A stretch of 64,000 nucleotides of DNA, from assembly GCA_030704615.1 (NCBI GenBank), contig CM060733.1, positions 46,686,001 to 46,750,000 of the forward strand, written 5' to 3'. The notes under the pieces were generated by a model. The model was not told the origin of the DNA. It was given only the letters and a program-made list of their open reading frames with translations, and did no database searches. The translations under genes and the position numbers were made by a program. Numbering within the stretch: the stretch's first letter is position 1; each line of letters begins with the position of its first letter. Source of the DNA: Takakia lepidozioides (Eukaryota; Plantae; Bryophyta). Below, piece after piece: positions 26,439-38,402 of the stretch.

Positions 26439-29400
26439 TCATTCGGACAAAGAAGATCCACTGCTACATGACGCACTGTTCAGGACGAAGGCAGAACTGT
26501 CCACAAAGACGCTAGCCCTGCTCTGCTGAAAACCATGTATTTCGTGTAGCAGAGAAGGTGGAGATGCCAGCAGACTATACTCCTTGGCCGCAGCCTCCGT
26601 ATAAGATGGCAAATGAAATTGTGCTGGAGGACTTGGAAAAAAATTCGGGTTGGCAAAGAAGGGCAGAAACCATGGCGTCATAGGACTCCTGCAACCACAC
26701 AGTAATGAGTAAAATTGGTAAATACTCTGGAAGCCAAACTGCAGCCAAAAAAAGGAGCACTCAAAGAATCCGTCATGGGGTCTATGAGTTGCCACAAAAG
26801 AACATGCACTTACTCGCATGAAAAATCCGAATCCACATCCAAAGCATCCGGCTCTTGCAGATCCTCCTCCTCAACAATCTTCTCAGTCTGGGTCGAATGC
26901 GAGGATCCCTCAGAGGGTGGAGCGATGACTCGAGAGTAAAGCTCCTCGTCCCCCTCAAACCCAAAAAGATGTCTTCCTGCACACTTGCAGGCATGGAACG
27001 AAGCCCCTGTAGGATAGCGAATGAAAGCACGAAACCATGTCAGAAGCCAAATAGGATAGGAACATGTGCAACGAAGAATGGAGAAGAGTTTCGGCATGCA
27101 CCTGTGCCCATGGAGAGGTCAACCACTTTGCCACCATGCCGGCTGCATGTCTCAATGAAGGTTTGCATGAACGCGGGCGATTTCTCCTGGGCACCTCTCC
27201 ATGGAATTCCTCCAATCTTTTTCAGAGTCTGGGACGCATCCACATAGTTGTGAACAACATCAGATTTGACTGGGTCGCAATCTGGGTCTATGTGCAGACC
27301 TCCTCCCTAAACGTCGAAATGCCCAACATAAGCAGGAGTGTTGGCAAGCCGAATTTGTGACAAGCAAATGGCCTTGAACACATGGGTCTACACCAGCAAC
27401 AATGGAAATATGTCAGCAACTATGGGTATTCAATGACAACACGGACGAAGACAAATGAAAGTTACAGGAAATACCTTCTGCCCTGGAAACTCCCCCTTCG
27501 ACAGAGGCAGTGTATTAATACATGTCCATATTTTGTTGATTTGGAACCCAGAGGACTTCATGTAGCTATGAAGAATCCGGCGGGATGCCATGTCGTCAGA
27601 TTGAAATATCAGAAGGCCCCCTGCGTCAGAGAGGAACGTGTTGCAGAAAGAGAATGCCCACTGCCAATACAGAGGGTTTTGAGCATTCCACTATGGAGTC
27701 ACAGCAGGGGGAATGATATCAAGCACAGGCTGCCCATCCAGGATGTCAAGGATTACAAGGTCAATGGTGTAAGGCTGCTGGACACCGTTCACCCAGCATG
27801 GATTCTCCATCACCTGCCAAAAGCAAATGCAAGCGAATCAAACTAGGTAGTTGGTGTACATTTAGGGAACTGGTAATACAGAGCACTGGTGGATTAAGAT
27901 GTCGTTGACGACATCTTAATCCAGCAAATCCAAAACCCCACAATGTCATGAAATGGGAATCAAAGTTGAAAGATGCATGGGCATTACCAGGGTGAGGAAA
28001 GAGCAGAGATGGTCCCATGCAGGCGATTTGACCCCTGTGAATGTGGACTTCCTGGACTCCATCATACGTAGGAAGCTGACGTTTGTCGTTTCTGCTGGAA
28101 GTGCGGACCCACTACTCTGGAGACACAAAGTCGGGCTTCGTAAGGTTGTTTCCCTGCCCTGTGGTTAGTCCTTTCATCAGCTGTCACGGAAATCTGCTGG
28201 ACCTCTGTACGCACAATGCGATGATCTGCCTGTGGGCGATCCATATCTGCCCCACCAGTCCCTGCAGGCCATAACCCAGAATCAACGGCAGCCGCAACAT
28301 CGGCAGACCCACCTGCCTCCGCAGTCTGTTTCCCTTTGTTTTTCTTCTTCCCACCCACGGGGGTGGCCGTCTTTGCTGGCTCCTTCTTACTCAGCTGCGC
28401 AAAGAACCTAGCCTGCAACTCCTCATCTGTCCAGGGTGCCAAGGCATCTGCATTCTCATTCTGAGTCCTCGAGACGTTCTTCTCCCACGGAGTGGACTGC
28501 CGAGGGCAGTCGAGGTACCACCCGCAGTCGCGGTAATGAGCCCGACCCCAGTCCTTCACAATTCCCGCAGTGAACATAGTGGTGTCGTCGTCTGGGTTCA
28601 CCCATCCACGAATAAAGTCCGGACCATCACTGAGAGCCTTATCTGGAATAAGAACGAAGTGAAAGTACCTGCATCCACACCTGTGTTCTTTCTCAGAGCA
28701 TATATCCCCATAGACCACAAGAACTCACATGTTCACTGCAGATTTGCAGACTACACATTAAGATGTCGTTGACGACATCTTAAAATCCAGGAACTTGAAC
28801 AAAAATTGAAGAGCTACAGAACAACATAAATGCTCAACTGAACTATTTCCGAGAGCCCAATGAACAGCCATTTAAAATGTCGTCAACGCCATCTTAAATC
28901 GACCCCTACGCAGATGGTATTTTTTCGTTGTCTGACGAAAAATGACTTGCTGGACTATAAAAGGGTGCCTATTTTAAGACATCTTAAATTGCAGGAAGCA
29001 CAACAAAACAATGAAGACCTGCAGATGAACAAGAAACAGATGTGTGCAACTGTTCAGTTTTGCAGAGCCCAAAAGGCACCGATTTAAGGTGTCGTCAACG
29101 CCACCTTAAATCGACCCAATTCATACATGGAATTCTTTGTGTAGTACTGAAAAATTGCTATTCGCACTACAGACAATGGCTGTTTTAAGATGTTGTCAAC
29201 GACATCTTAATGTAGTACCATCAACATAAGGCAGTACATGTACAGAACTCGTTTCATTGCCTACTCCCCGTTATACTGATGGTCAAAGTCCTGCGAGTGC
29301 AATATTCCCTCTTCCTTCTCGAACTCACAGAAAAATGCATACTTCCACAGCTCTCTTCTCCATTTCCGAACGTATGACTAGAACTTGATGCTCGGAGTGG

Positions 29401-32400
29401 TCATTGTGATCTTGTAGTCCAGCACTGATTTCTCAAAAGTATCAATTGCCCGCTTCTCCAGCTGCATAACCATCCGCCAAATTTTGAGTTAATCAACATA
29501 AGAAACCATGTAGGCATTGCTGGAAGAGTGACAATGTTTTTACAGTCTCACCTGGCTCCAGAAGGTCGCTTTCTGCAACCAAGTGTCGAATGCGCGGTCG
29601 CTGACAGCTGTCACCACCCCAGTCTCAGGGTCCTTCATTGGTTTTAGGAAATTGTTTGTATCCTGGATGATCGGATCCGAGTTCCAGATTTCCAGCCACC
29701 TCACTTTCTGAGCAGGGTCAACCATGGAAATGGATAGGCGGTGGAGCTTTTCCTGTGTCATCTCTGGCTTAGTGGGCTTGTTCCAGTGGATCCGAACCTG
29801 CTCCAGAAACCCCTTTCCCAATCCAGGGTCAGCGATTCGAATGTGTTTGTTGAACGCGTTCTTGAGGTTCTTCCTGCACGTATCCATGTCCACCTCTATT
29901 TTTGCCTCCACCCCGTTTGCCGTTCTCTCATCCTCATCTGTAGTGGCGTAATACTCCAACTTGGATCGTTCTCCTGCTTCTGCTATTTCTTGTTGTGACA
30001 CACCCAAGTAACCCTCGTGAACAACAAAACCAAAGCAAAAACATGATATATCCATAATTCAAGAAGAATGGCAATCCGCCCAGAAACTCACCGCGTATAA
30101 GTAGTCAAGAAACACCTCCCTTGTCAGGTTGTACCAAGTCTCTGTCTTCTTGATCGTTTGGCACTTCTTCAGTGTGTCCGGGGACAAGACACTCGCGAAC
30201 GTTTCCAATGGCATCACTCCTATGCTTTGCAAACGAAACAAGGAATGGACTATGTTGGTGGTGACATGGGATGTCTCCTCCCCCTGCAATGCAAACAGGT
30301 CAGTTGACAAAGTTTGAAGATTGACAAAACAATGAAATTGGAGACAAAAAGTGGGCAAGACTCTTACTTGTTGATATCGTGCATTGCAGTTAGAAGCTGC
30401 GTGAACTTCCCATCCGGATCGAGGACCATTGACTAAACCCGATAGTGCCATTCTTTGTTCTCCGCATACATCCTGCTCATGTACTCCATCCAGGCCACCA
30501 AACGGTGATTGCCATCCCAGACAAAAAACATTTTGTTCATGTACTGAACGTGTGCTGGGTTCTATGAAAGCTCAATCTCAAACTCACTTCTTTCCAAAGC
30601 GGGTCCCAACTGTCCATTACATCGAGGTCCACCAATTTCTCAGATCCTTGGAGATCAGTCAGTGACACGTAAAACACAGCAGAACCCTTCAACTACCCAT
30701 GGATAAATCCCCTTGTAGCTTCTTGATGTCGTGGTGAAGGGCAGGCCGAACTGCAGGCATAGAAATCATCCGGCACAGAGGAATGAAAAGAGTGCCGTCC
30801 TTCACTTCCATGGAGTTGATGACTTTCCTCGAGTTCACCTTGGTGGTGTACATAAGAGAGTGCACCTTGGCTTCATAGTTGGCATCCACAACAACGTCCC
30901 TGTCTTCAGGAACAACTGTTTCCTCTGCAGGCTGGCTTCCCCCGGCTTTCTTTCTCTTTTTCTGAAAAATGCAATGCGATAGGACACACAAATCATGGCA
31001 AGATTAAGATGTCGTCAACGACAGCTTAATTTTCTGTTTTTCCAGGGAGATTTCCCAATGTTTGAGGTTCAATGCAGTGGCAGATTAAGGTGTCGTTGAT
31101 GACATCTTAATCTGTTGTCGTTCATGAGTGTTTCTCCCATGATTATGTTGGTTGCAGCGGCACATTAAGGTGTCGTCAACGACACCTTAATCTGCTGAAG
31201 TTACAGAGTGATTTTCTCATGTTTTGGGTTCAATTCATTGGAGATTAAGATGTCGTCAACGACATCTTAATATGCTACAATTGTAGGGTGTTTTTCTCAT
31301 GTTTTGAACTGAATGCAGATACAGATTAAGATGTCGTTAACGCCACCTTAATCTGTTGTAGTTGTAGGGTGTTTTTTGGATGTTTTATGTTCAACTCATT
31401 GGCAGATTAAGATGTCGTCAACGACAGCTTAATTTGTTGTTTTTCAAGGGTGATTTCCCCATGTTTGAGTTTCAATGCAGTTGCAGATTAAGGTGTCGTT
31501 GACGACATCTTAATCTGCTATAGTTGTAGAGTGTTCCTCCCATGTTTATGTTGATTGCAAAGACAGATTAAGGTATCGTCAATGACACCTTAATCTGCTG
31601 AAGTTCCAGAGTGATTCTCTGATGTTTTGGGTTCACATTATTGGAGATTAAGATGTCGTCAACGACATCTTAATCTGCTACAGTTGTAGGGTGTTTTTCT
31701 CATATTATGGACTGAATGCAGAAGTTGTAGGGTGTTTTTTGGATGTTTTGTGTTCAATTCATTGGCAGATTAAGATGTCGTCAACGACAGCTTAATCGGC
31801 TGTTTTTCTAGGATGAATTCCTCATGTTTGAGGTTGACTGCAGTGGCAGATTAAGCTGTCGTTGACGACAGCTTAATCTGCTGTAGTTCTAGACTGTTTA
31901 TCTCAAGTTTGTTTTGATTGCTGAGGAAGATTAAGGTGTCGTTGACGACACCTTAATCTGCTGTTGTACTAAACTATTTTCCCATGTTTTGGGTTCAATT
32001 CATTGGTAGATTAAGATGTCGTCAACGACACCTTAATTTGCTACAGTTCTAGGGTGTTTTTATCATATTTTGGGTTGAATGGGGAGGCAGATTAAGATGT
32101 CGTCAACGACATCTTAATCTGCTATTTTCGAGGTGATTTCCCCATGTTCGAGGTTGAATGCAGCGGCAATTCTTGGGTGTTTTCTCCCTGTTTTTGGTTG
32201 AACGCAGTGGCAGATTAAGGTGTTGTCAACGACACCTTATTCTTCCTTCACTTTAAACTTCCTACGTAAATCATTACCCGCAATGGTGACCTTTTAGGTG
32301 GCGTGAGCGACACCTCAATCTGACTCCTTTTGTGTTGCAAAACCATGGATTCAAATGTATGAACTAACCTTCTTTGGCTTCGTTCCTCCGCTGGAAGACC

Positions 32401-33356
32401 CGCCCCCCCTGCACGCCTTCTACCTTGCACCTGGCTCTTCTCCTTCACGGATTGCGGAGGCACTTGTTTGTCTTTCTGCTGCTCCTCAGTGCCTGAGACC
32501 TATCGTGGACACTGCATTATTTGCACCTCCTCCTCCTGAGCGACATGACCCTGCTCTGGCATGGTCTGCTCTTGAACTGCAGGATCCAGAGATGAGATCG
32601 GACGCTGACACTCCCAAGCCTTCTTCCGCTTTCTCTGCCAAAAAGCATAATGAAGGTAAGCATTGCAGGCCCAGATTAAGGTGTCGTCAACGCCATCTTA
32701 ATCCTGTACATATTACAGGCTACTACACTCATACAACGACAACATTGGGCTCGCTAGAACGAAGGGCTATGCCTCGCGGAGGTGGCAGATTAAGTTGTCG
32801 TCAACGACAGCTTAATCACCTTGTTCTAGACTTGTTCGAAACCTTTGCGAATGCAATGGTGGACATGATGCGATGTCTTTTTAAGCTATCGTCAAAGTCT
32901 CTTCAAACAATCTCAAATGTATGTTTCTTACTGCTCTTCTTATCGCCGAGTCAGGGAACAAGGTCATGTAAAGCCAATGTGCTGCTGAACTCACCTGGAT
33001 CAAACTCTGTCCACCGCTGGAAGTGTCATCCTCTCCCAACCCGACGCTGCTTTCCGCTTGAGCCTCTCCTTCAACGGGCGCAATGACAACTGCATGGAGG
33101 AGGGCCGCCCCCTTGTCGGTAGGCCCCTCTGCGGACTTTGTTGCGTTGCCTCCTCCTCCGTAGGAGCACCGCTCTCCATTTTGACTTCCTCCTCCTGTAT
33201 CGGTTGCAATAGAGGCAGCTCCAACAGATCCTCGAGTTGCTTGTCCAGAATGGGCTCCTTCCCTGCCAGACTCTCCATCCCTTCGCCCACAGAACCCTCC
33301 CCCTCGCGATCGCTCCTTCCCTCAGACAAATTCAAAGCCCTCCTAGCTTTTTTCAT
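26439..33356 (-). pseudogene. Spliced cargo gene: low-complexity N-terminus, ParB/sulfiredoxin-like domain, unknown middle region, beta-class N4/N6 DNA methyltransferase
   Basis: GT-AG exons ~33356-32995, 32634-32278, 30961-30368 (IPLCRM..VRP..; FFVWDGNHRLVAW, DGNHR at 30516-30502), 30283-30092, ~29990-29552, 29461-~29263, 28735-27988, 27813-27475 (TIDLVILDILDG; FLSDAGGLLIF), 27387-27102 (EKSPAFMQTFIETCSRHGGKVVDLSMGT), 27006-~26810 (GASFHACKCAGRHLFGFEGDEELY). In-frame TAG stops (e.g. 27693-27691, 27309-27307) and frameshifts; last exon uncertain. Confidence 0.8.
31001..32240. repeat. Intronic tandem array of ~80-bp units, each containing a 26-34-bp palindrome (15 copies)
   Basis: (CAGA)TTAAGRTGTCGT[CA/TG]ACGACAYCTTAA(TCTG) at ~31004, 31085, 31165, 31245, 31326, 31407, 31488, 31568, 31648, 31770, 31851, 31931, 32011, 32092, 32215; spacers are related to each other. 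Confidence 0.95.
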
Positions 33357-34015
33357 CCTCTCTCTCACTCTCAACCTATGCCTAGCAGACGTGAAGTACA
33401 AAGACTGCGTTCTCGCTCTCTTCTTTCCGGAAACGCTCTCGTTCTTGGGATGCTCCAGTGTGGCGAGTCTGAAATGATGAACGCCAGAATGTAACCTCCC
33501 AAGACATCCCTCGGGCAAATGGGAAAATTGGATGGCGGTTAGGTTTTCATCCCTCCCTCTCAAGGAATGACAAATCATCCAAAAACGTAACGGCTCATAA
33601 TTGGGGTTTTCGTTTTCCGGCGAGATGCTTGCGGGCTGTCTAGCAGAGAACTCGACACCTGTTGCCCTTGCAAGACACTTAAATATAGGCATGCCACGTA
33701 CCCATGTTTGACATAAGGGGTTCGACCCACAGCACAGTCACTTAGGATGTGGCATCCGCAAAGTCGGCCGCAATTCCTGCCTATCATAATCATGTGTCCG
33801 GCGGTGTGTGATCTGACATTAATGGGATAAAATTCACCAGTATCTGTCAAAGTCAAAGCCAGCTATTAAACAGCATGCAAAGAAACTATTGCCTCAACAC
33901 CTTGAGTCTGTGGATCCACTGAGACATTGTCAGGAAGTGGTTCGACGACTTCGGCCTTCCCGGTGTACTCTTGTTACCTGCTCTCCACTGCCCACACTCT
34001 TGTGCTCGTTCATGC

Positions 34016-37000
34016 AATGTCTCTCAACTCCGACGTTGATGTTTTCTACTCCAACGCGCAAGCAGAGTACCTGAGTGTCGTAGCCGACGTGAATGGGCTC
34101 GCCGTAGTTCAAGAAGACTTGTTTTGCGTAACCTTCCGCTTTGAGGCAGGGACTGTACATGTAGTGAGAGAGGTGTATGACAAAGTGGGTAAGGTCAAGG
34201 GCACATGCGTTCAAAAACCACATTTGTTTGGCAGTCAGCGAGAGTGGAGAGTTCCACCAGCAAAGTATCGCGTTCATGGGGATCAAAGACGTCTGTCGGG
34301 AGGTTCCATAGTCATGCCCAGAACAACAGCTTCGGTGGCTCAGGTGCCCAAAACTCTGCCCATCAAAAGAGAAGAGACAACCTCCACCACATTTGTTGAT
34401 ATCTCTGACAGCTCAGAAGAGGACGTGTCGGAGCTCCCACCTCCTCCGAATCAACATCTGCTGGGGGACCCCGATGTGCAAGAAATTGCAAGTGTCATTC
34501 TGAAGTTGCAGTCCTTAAGGGGGTTGCCAGGATGCAAGAGTGATAAGAGAGGCATTGACTGGGATACACTGCGAATCGTTAGAGCAAAATACCTACCGAA
34601 TGAATTCAATGGTGATATCATTTTTGAGCTGCCACCAGTGACATCCTCTGGGGGATTGGCAGGACGAATGGCGGGCATGGACAAGAAGCACGATGGACAT
34701 CCATGCCAGACAAAAACTTCCAATGTATGCAATCCGCATGGCTTGAAGTTCCGTCAATCGATTTGCGTTGGACACCTTCTTGTCCAAATGCTTTTTGCCA
34801 GCACTTCCAAATGGACGGTTCGGCAAACGAGACGGAATGGGAAGATGTCAGCGACAACCCTTTCAAAGTCGGTTGTGCTCCTGCAAGCAGTAGTACTCTC
34901 GTTTGCAAGTTCTGTAAATTGATCCCACAGTGCATCGCAGATTGCAATGCACGTATGTACTACGTGCTTCACAATTGCAGTTACCTCACAAGGGCCTGTA
35001 TCCATTTCGGCATTCATGCACATCCGGTGTCCCGAGGACAGTGCAGAGAGACTATTGATACAATCCGTTCACTGCTTCAACACGAAATTCATAGTGCTCC
35101 TGGTGCATCGCCATCAGCCATTGCTTTGGCCGCAAGCAAAGGATTCTTACAAAAGTATTTGTTTGGGGAATCGCAGGAGTCCACCACTAAATTTGACACT
35201 GCCTCCCTTGACGATGTTCTGTACCATTTCTCAACATTGAATTCTCCGAATGTGCGAAATCAAATCAACATCCTAAGGGGGGGTGCTGCCAACACAGGAT
35301 TTATGGATAACATCCTGGAGTTAAAGCATATAAGTCGATATGACTTCATTCAGGACAGTGTTTTTCCGGGGCAAGGTGCCAGGAAAGTGTACTTATTCGA
35401 GATGTCCACAGTTGGTGAGGGATCTGGAGTTAGTCTGGTGCAAAGAATGCAGCCCGGTGGTGATCTTCAGAAATCCTGGATTATGTTTGATCACGTTAAA
35501 CGTGTGAAGGAATGGATGACCATGGCCTGTCATGTATACGATCCTGCATGCCAGAGAGTGATGACTGTTGTTATTTGTGACATGCAATCGGAGGACACAG
35601 AGTCACAAATTCTTATGTGGAAGTCCCTTGTTAACGTCGTGACAGCTCATGGTGTCCCATATCCAAACTTCACCGGGTTCATGGCTGACAATGCTCAAGC
35701 GAATTGGAATGTTGTCTCTACAGTTTTTGGTTCAGGCGACCCCAAAGTACCAATGGAAGGCCGGGAACGCACTTGCCTCTTTCATTGGAGTCAGTCCCTA
35801 CAACGGCACACAAAGAGTTCCATAAAACTGGAGTTGCGGGAGGAACATATGAGACTATGCCGTCTGTATAAAGATGTCACCTCCGAACAGGAAGCCAACT
35901 CTATATTCCAGACTATTCGAGCATGGTGGTACTCATCTGAGGCAACCAGTCTGGATGGAATCAAAGAACTGGAAGACTGGTTGGGGTTCTGGCACTTCAG
36001 ATATAGACAGTGGGGAGCCTTCATGACAACTGTAAGTTAGTAGCGAATTAGCATGATTTTGCTTTATTCCTTCTCGTCGGGAGATATATCATAGAACGAA
36101 CAGGCCGTCCAATCCAGTTCTTATGCTGCTGTACGTAATCATGATTGTGTTGAATTGCATGCTAAACATGTCACTGGAGGACATTGCCGATATGCCCTCC
36201 TGCAATCTAGTGGAGACTGTGCATAGTAAGTGGATGGCACAATCCGGCAAAAACGGGCGGAACCTCTACATTGCGACTGCAGATGACATGGTCCGAGCTG
36301 TTTCGCAACAAACAAGGTACCGAGACTTCTTGAGGGGACGGGGAGCTGGCAAGGTCCAGATAGGGAAGAGTTGCTACTCAGGGCTGCAAATAGAGCGAAG
36401 CATCCCGCTAAAATGGCGCGTGCTGTAAATGAATTCACAAATGGAACACCTTTGCAGTCCAGGCTCCCACATCTGGAAGGGGAGGAAAGATTCGGTTCGT
36501 GCAAGCGCAAACTTGACACCCCACCAGGATCCGCTGGTGACTCCCATCGGCATGACATGGATAATTACTCAATTCCTCGTGTGCCTGTGCGGCCTCCGAC
36601 ATTCGAATCTGGCAGTCCCTCTGTCGGTACCTGTTCTTTTGTTGTATACAATGCTTCATATCCCTTTGCTCTAGTGCGGGGACAGGGAGAGATGATGTTG
36701 GCGGTGGAAGAGTCTGATTGTGTGGATGCAATTTGGCACATTGGACGGATAGCCCAAGGATCAAAAGTTGGGTGTTTTGTTATTAGGGCATTGTCCTTTG
36801 TGAAGTGCACCAGCAAGATTTCTAGGGGCGGAGGCGGGACTCCTGCCCCGTCTTTCACTGGTTTATTCAAACATTACGGTGCGCGAGAGTCCAGGCCTCA
36901 CAAGTTATGGTTTTTCCCTGATGACATTCAGCGTTGTGTGATGGGGACTTGCCGGGATTCAGTCCTCAGCAAGCCTCAAATTCCAGCCGTGTGGCCAGTG

Positions 37001-37561
37001 AAGTTGGGAACATGTCTGTCGAAGCAAGAAATTGAGATGCTGGAGGATGTCGGGTTTCGTCTTCCAAGAGGCCCGATAGTCATAACACCAATTTCATGTC
37101 GGGGTTCGCAATCTGCATTCCCCCCACGTCCACCACATGGGAACGACTGGCCTACGAAACGAAATGGAAAACCGGTCCGCCGTGTTGAGGCAGGTCCCGA
37201 AAACGAGTGCAAAATTGAGTCAGCAAGAAACCTGCAGTGTCGGGTGACCCAAGTTGTCAATGTCCCCCCTCCAGGCTATGGGCGGGTGTACAGTATGGTG
37301 ACATCGGGTTCTGTTGTTGACGACAAGACTTATGAGGTAAATGTTGGCAATTTTCCAAATTGCACATGTCCGGACTTCCAGAACACTTTATCAAGCTCTA
37401 TTGGAAAGAAACCCAAATTTGTCCCGTGCAAACACCTATAGTACATCTACATTCACAGGATGTTTTGTGATCCTCACCGAGACACGTGCATTCACCAGTG
37501 TACAATGGGTCCCACTGACGTTCATACACTTCTGCAGCGTGATAGGATTACTGAAATGTGA
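34016..37561 (+). pseudogene. MULE-type DDE transposase with N-terminal GCM/WRKY-like Cys/His domain and C-terminal SWIM finger
   Basis: ICVGHL..CKFC..CNARMYYV..CIHFGIHAHP; catalytic-like WIMFDHVK, FMADNAQA, ERTCLFH (CxxH), CNLVETVH; SWIM YEVNVG..CTCPDF..PCKHL. Frameshifts at ~34780 and ~36350, intron from 36032, premature TAG at 37439. Confidence 0.85.
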
Positions 37562-37691
37562 GGTGTTCAGAAGGAGTTGGATTCTTTGACAATGACTCCA
37601 CTTTGTTCAATGTAATGTTTTTAACATGTTCCATGTCTGTTTTGGCTGAATCTGTTTTCGGTTTGTTTGTATTGGGGTTGGTGGTTTTTCC

Positions 37692-38402
37692 AATTAAGAT
37701 GTCGTTGATGACACCTTAATCCACCCACTTGCACACGCACTGCCTTCGTACCTTTGTTGGATTCATATTTTTTTGGTTATTTGGGTTTTTCGACGAATTG
37801 AAATGTCGCAAAAGGTGGTGGGAAATAAGATGTCGTTGGTGACACCTTAATACCTCCAACCTGCACACGCACCGCCGTGAAAGTTTTGTTCAGGTGGTCG
37901 GAATTAAGATGTCGTTGATGACATCTTAATCCCCCCGACCTGCACATGCACCACCTTGAAAAAAATTTCTGTTGAGGTTGTTGGAATTAAGATGTCGTTG
38001 ACGACACCTTAATCCCCCTTGCACACGCACCGCCTTCAAAGCTTTTCTGGATTCATTCTTTTCTGGTTTTTTGCGTTTTTCCATGAACTGTCATATCGCA
38101 ACAGGTTCTGGGAATTAAGATGTCGTTGACGACAGTTTAATCGCCCCGACCTGCACACGCACCGCCTTCAAAGTTTTGTTGGATTTCTGTTTTTTCCATT
38201 TTTGGGCCATAATCTGAAAAGACATGTGGCATCAGCTGGTGGGATTTAAGATGTCGTTGATGACACCTTAATCGCCGCGACCTGCATAGGTGTCGGCTTG
38301 AAAGTTTTGTTGGATTAAAATTTTCTGGTTTTTTGGGATTTTCCATGAAATATTTGTGGCAATAGAAGGTGGGAATTAAGATGTCGTTGACAACACCTTA
38401 AT
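37692..38402. repeat. Second array of the same palindrome (7 copies) with a different spacer family
   Basis: TTAAGATGTCGTTGAYGACAYCTTAA at ~37694, 37825, 37904, 37987, 38115, 38246, 38376; spacers contain CCTGCACACGCACCGCCTTCAAAG. Confidence 0.9.

Noticed and set aside
31001-32240. CRISPR array
   Set aside because: Spacers are mutually homologous with higher-order periodicity, no cas genes, and the array sits in a eukaryotic intron
32355-33086. 243-aa plus-strand ORF as a gene
   Set aside because: Antisense shadow of the cargo gene's exons that reads through palindromes (CRQRHLN); no motif
27892-38402. Palindromes as piggyBac-type MITEs with TTAA target duplications
   Set aside because: Only 18 bp lie between the TTAAs, symmetry extends beyond them, and copies are confined to one element
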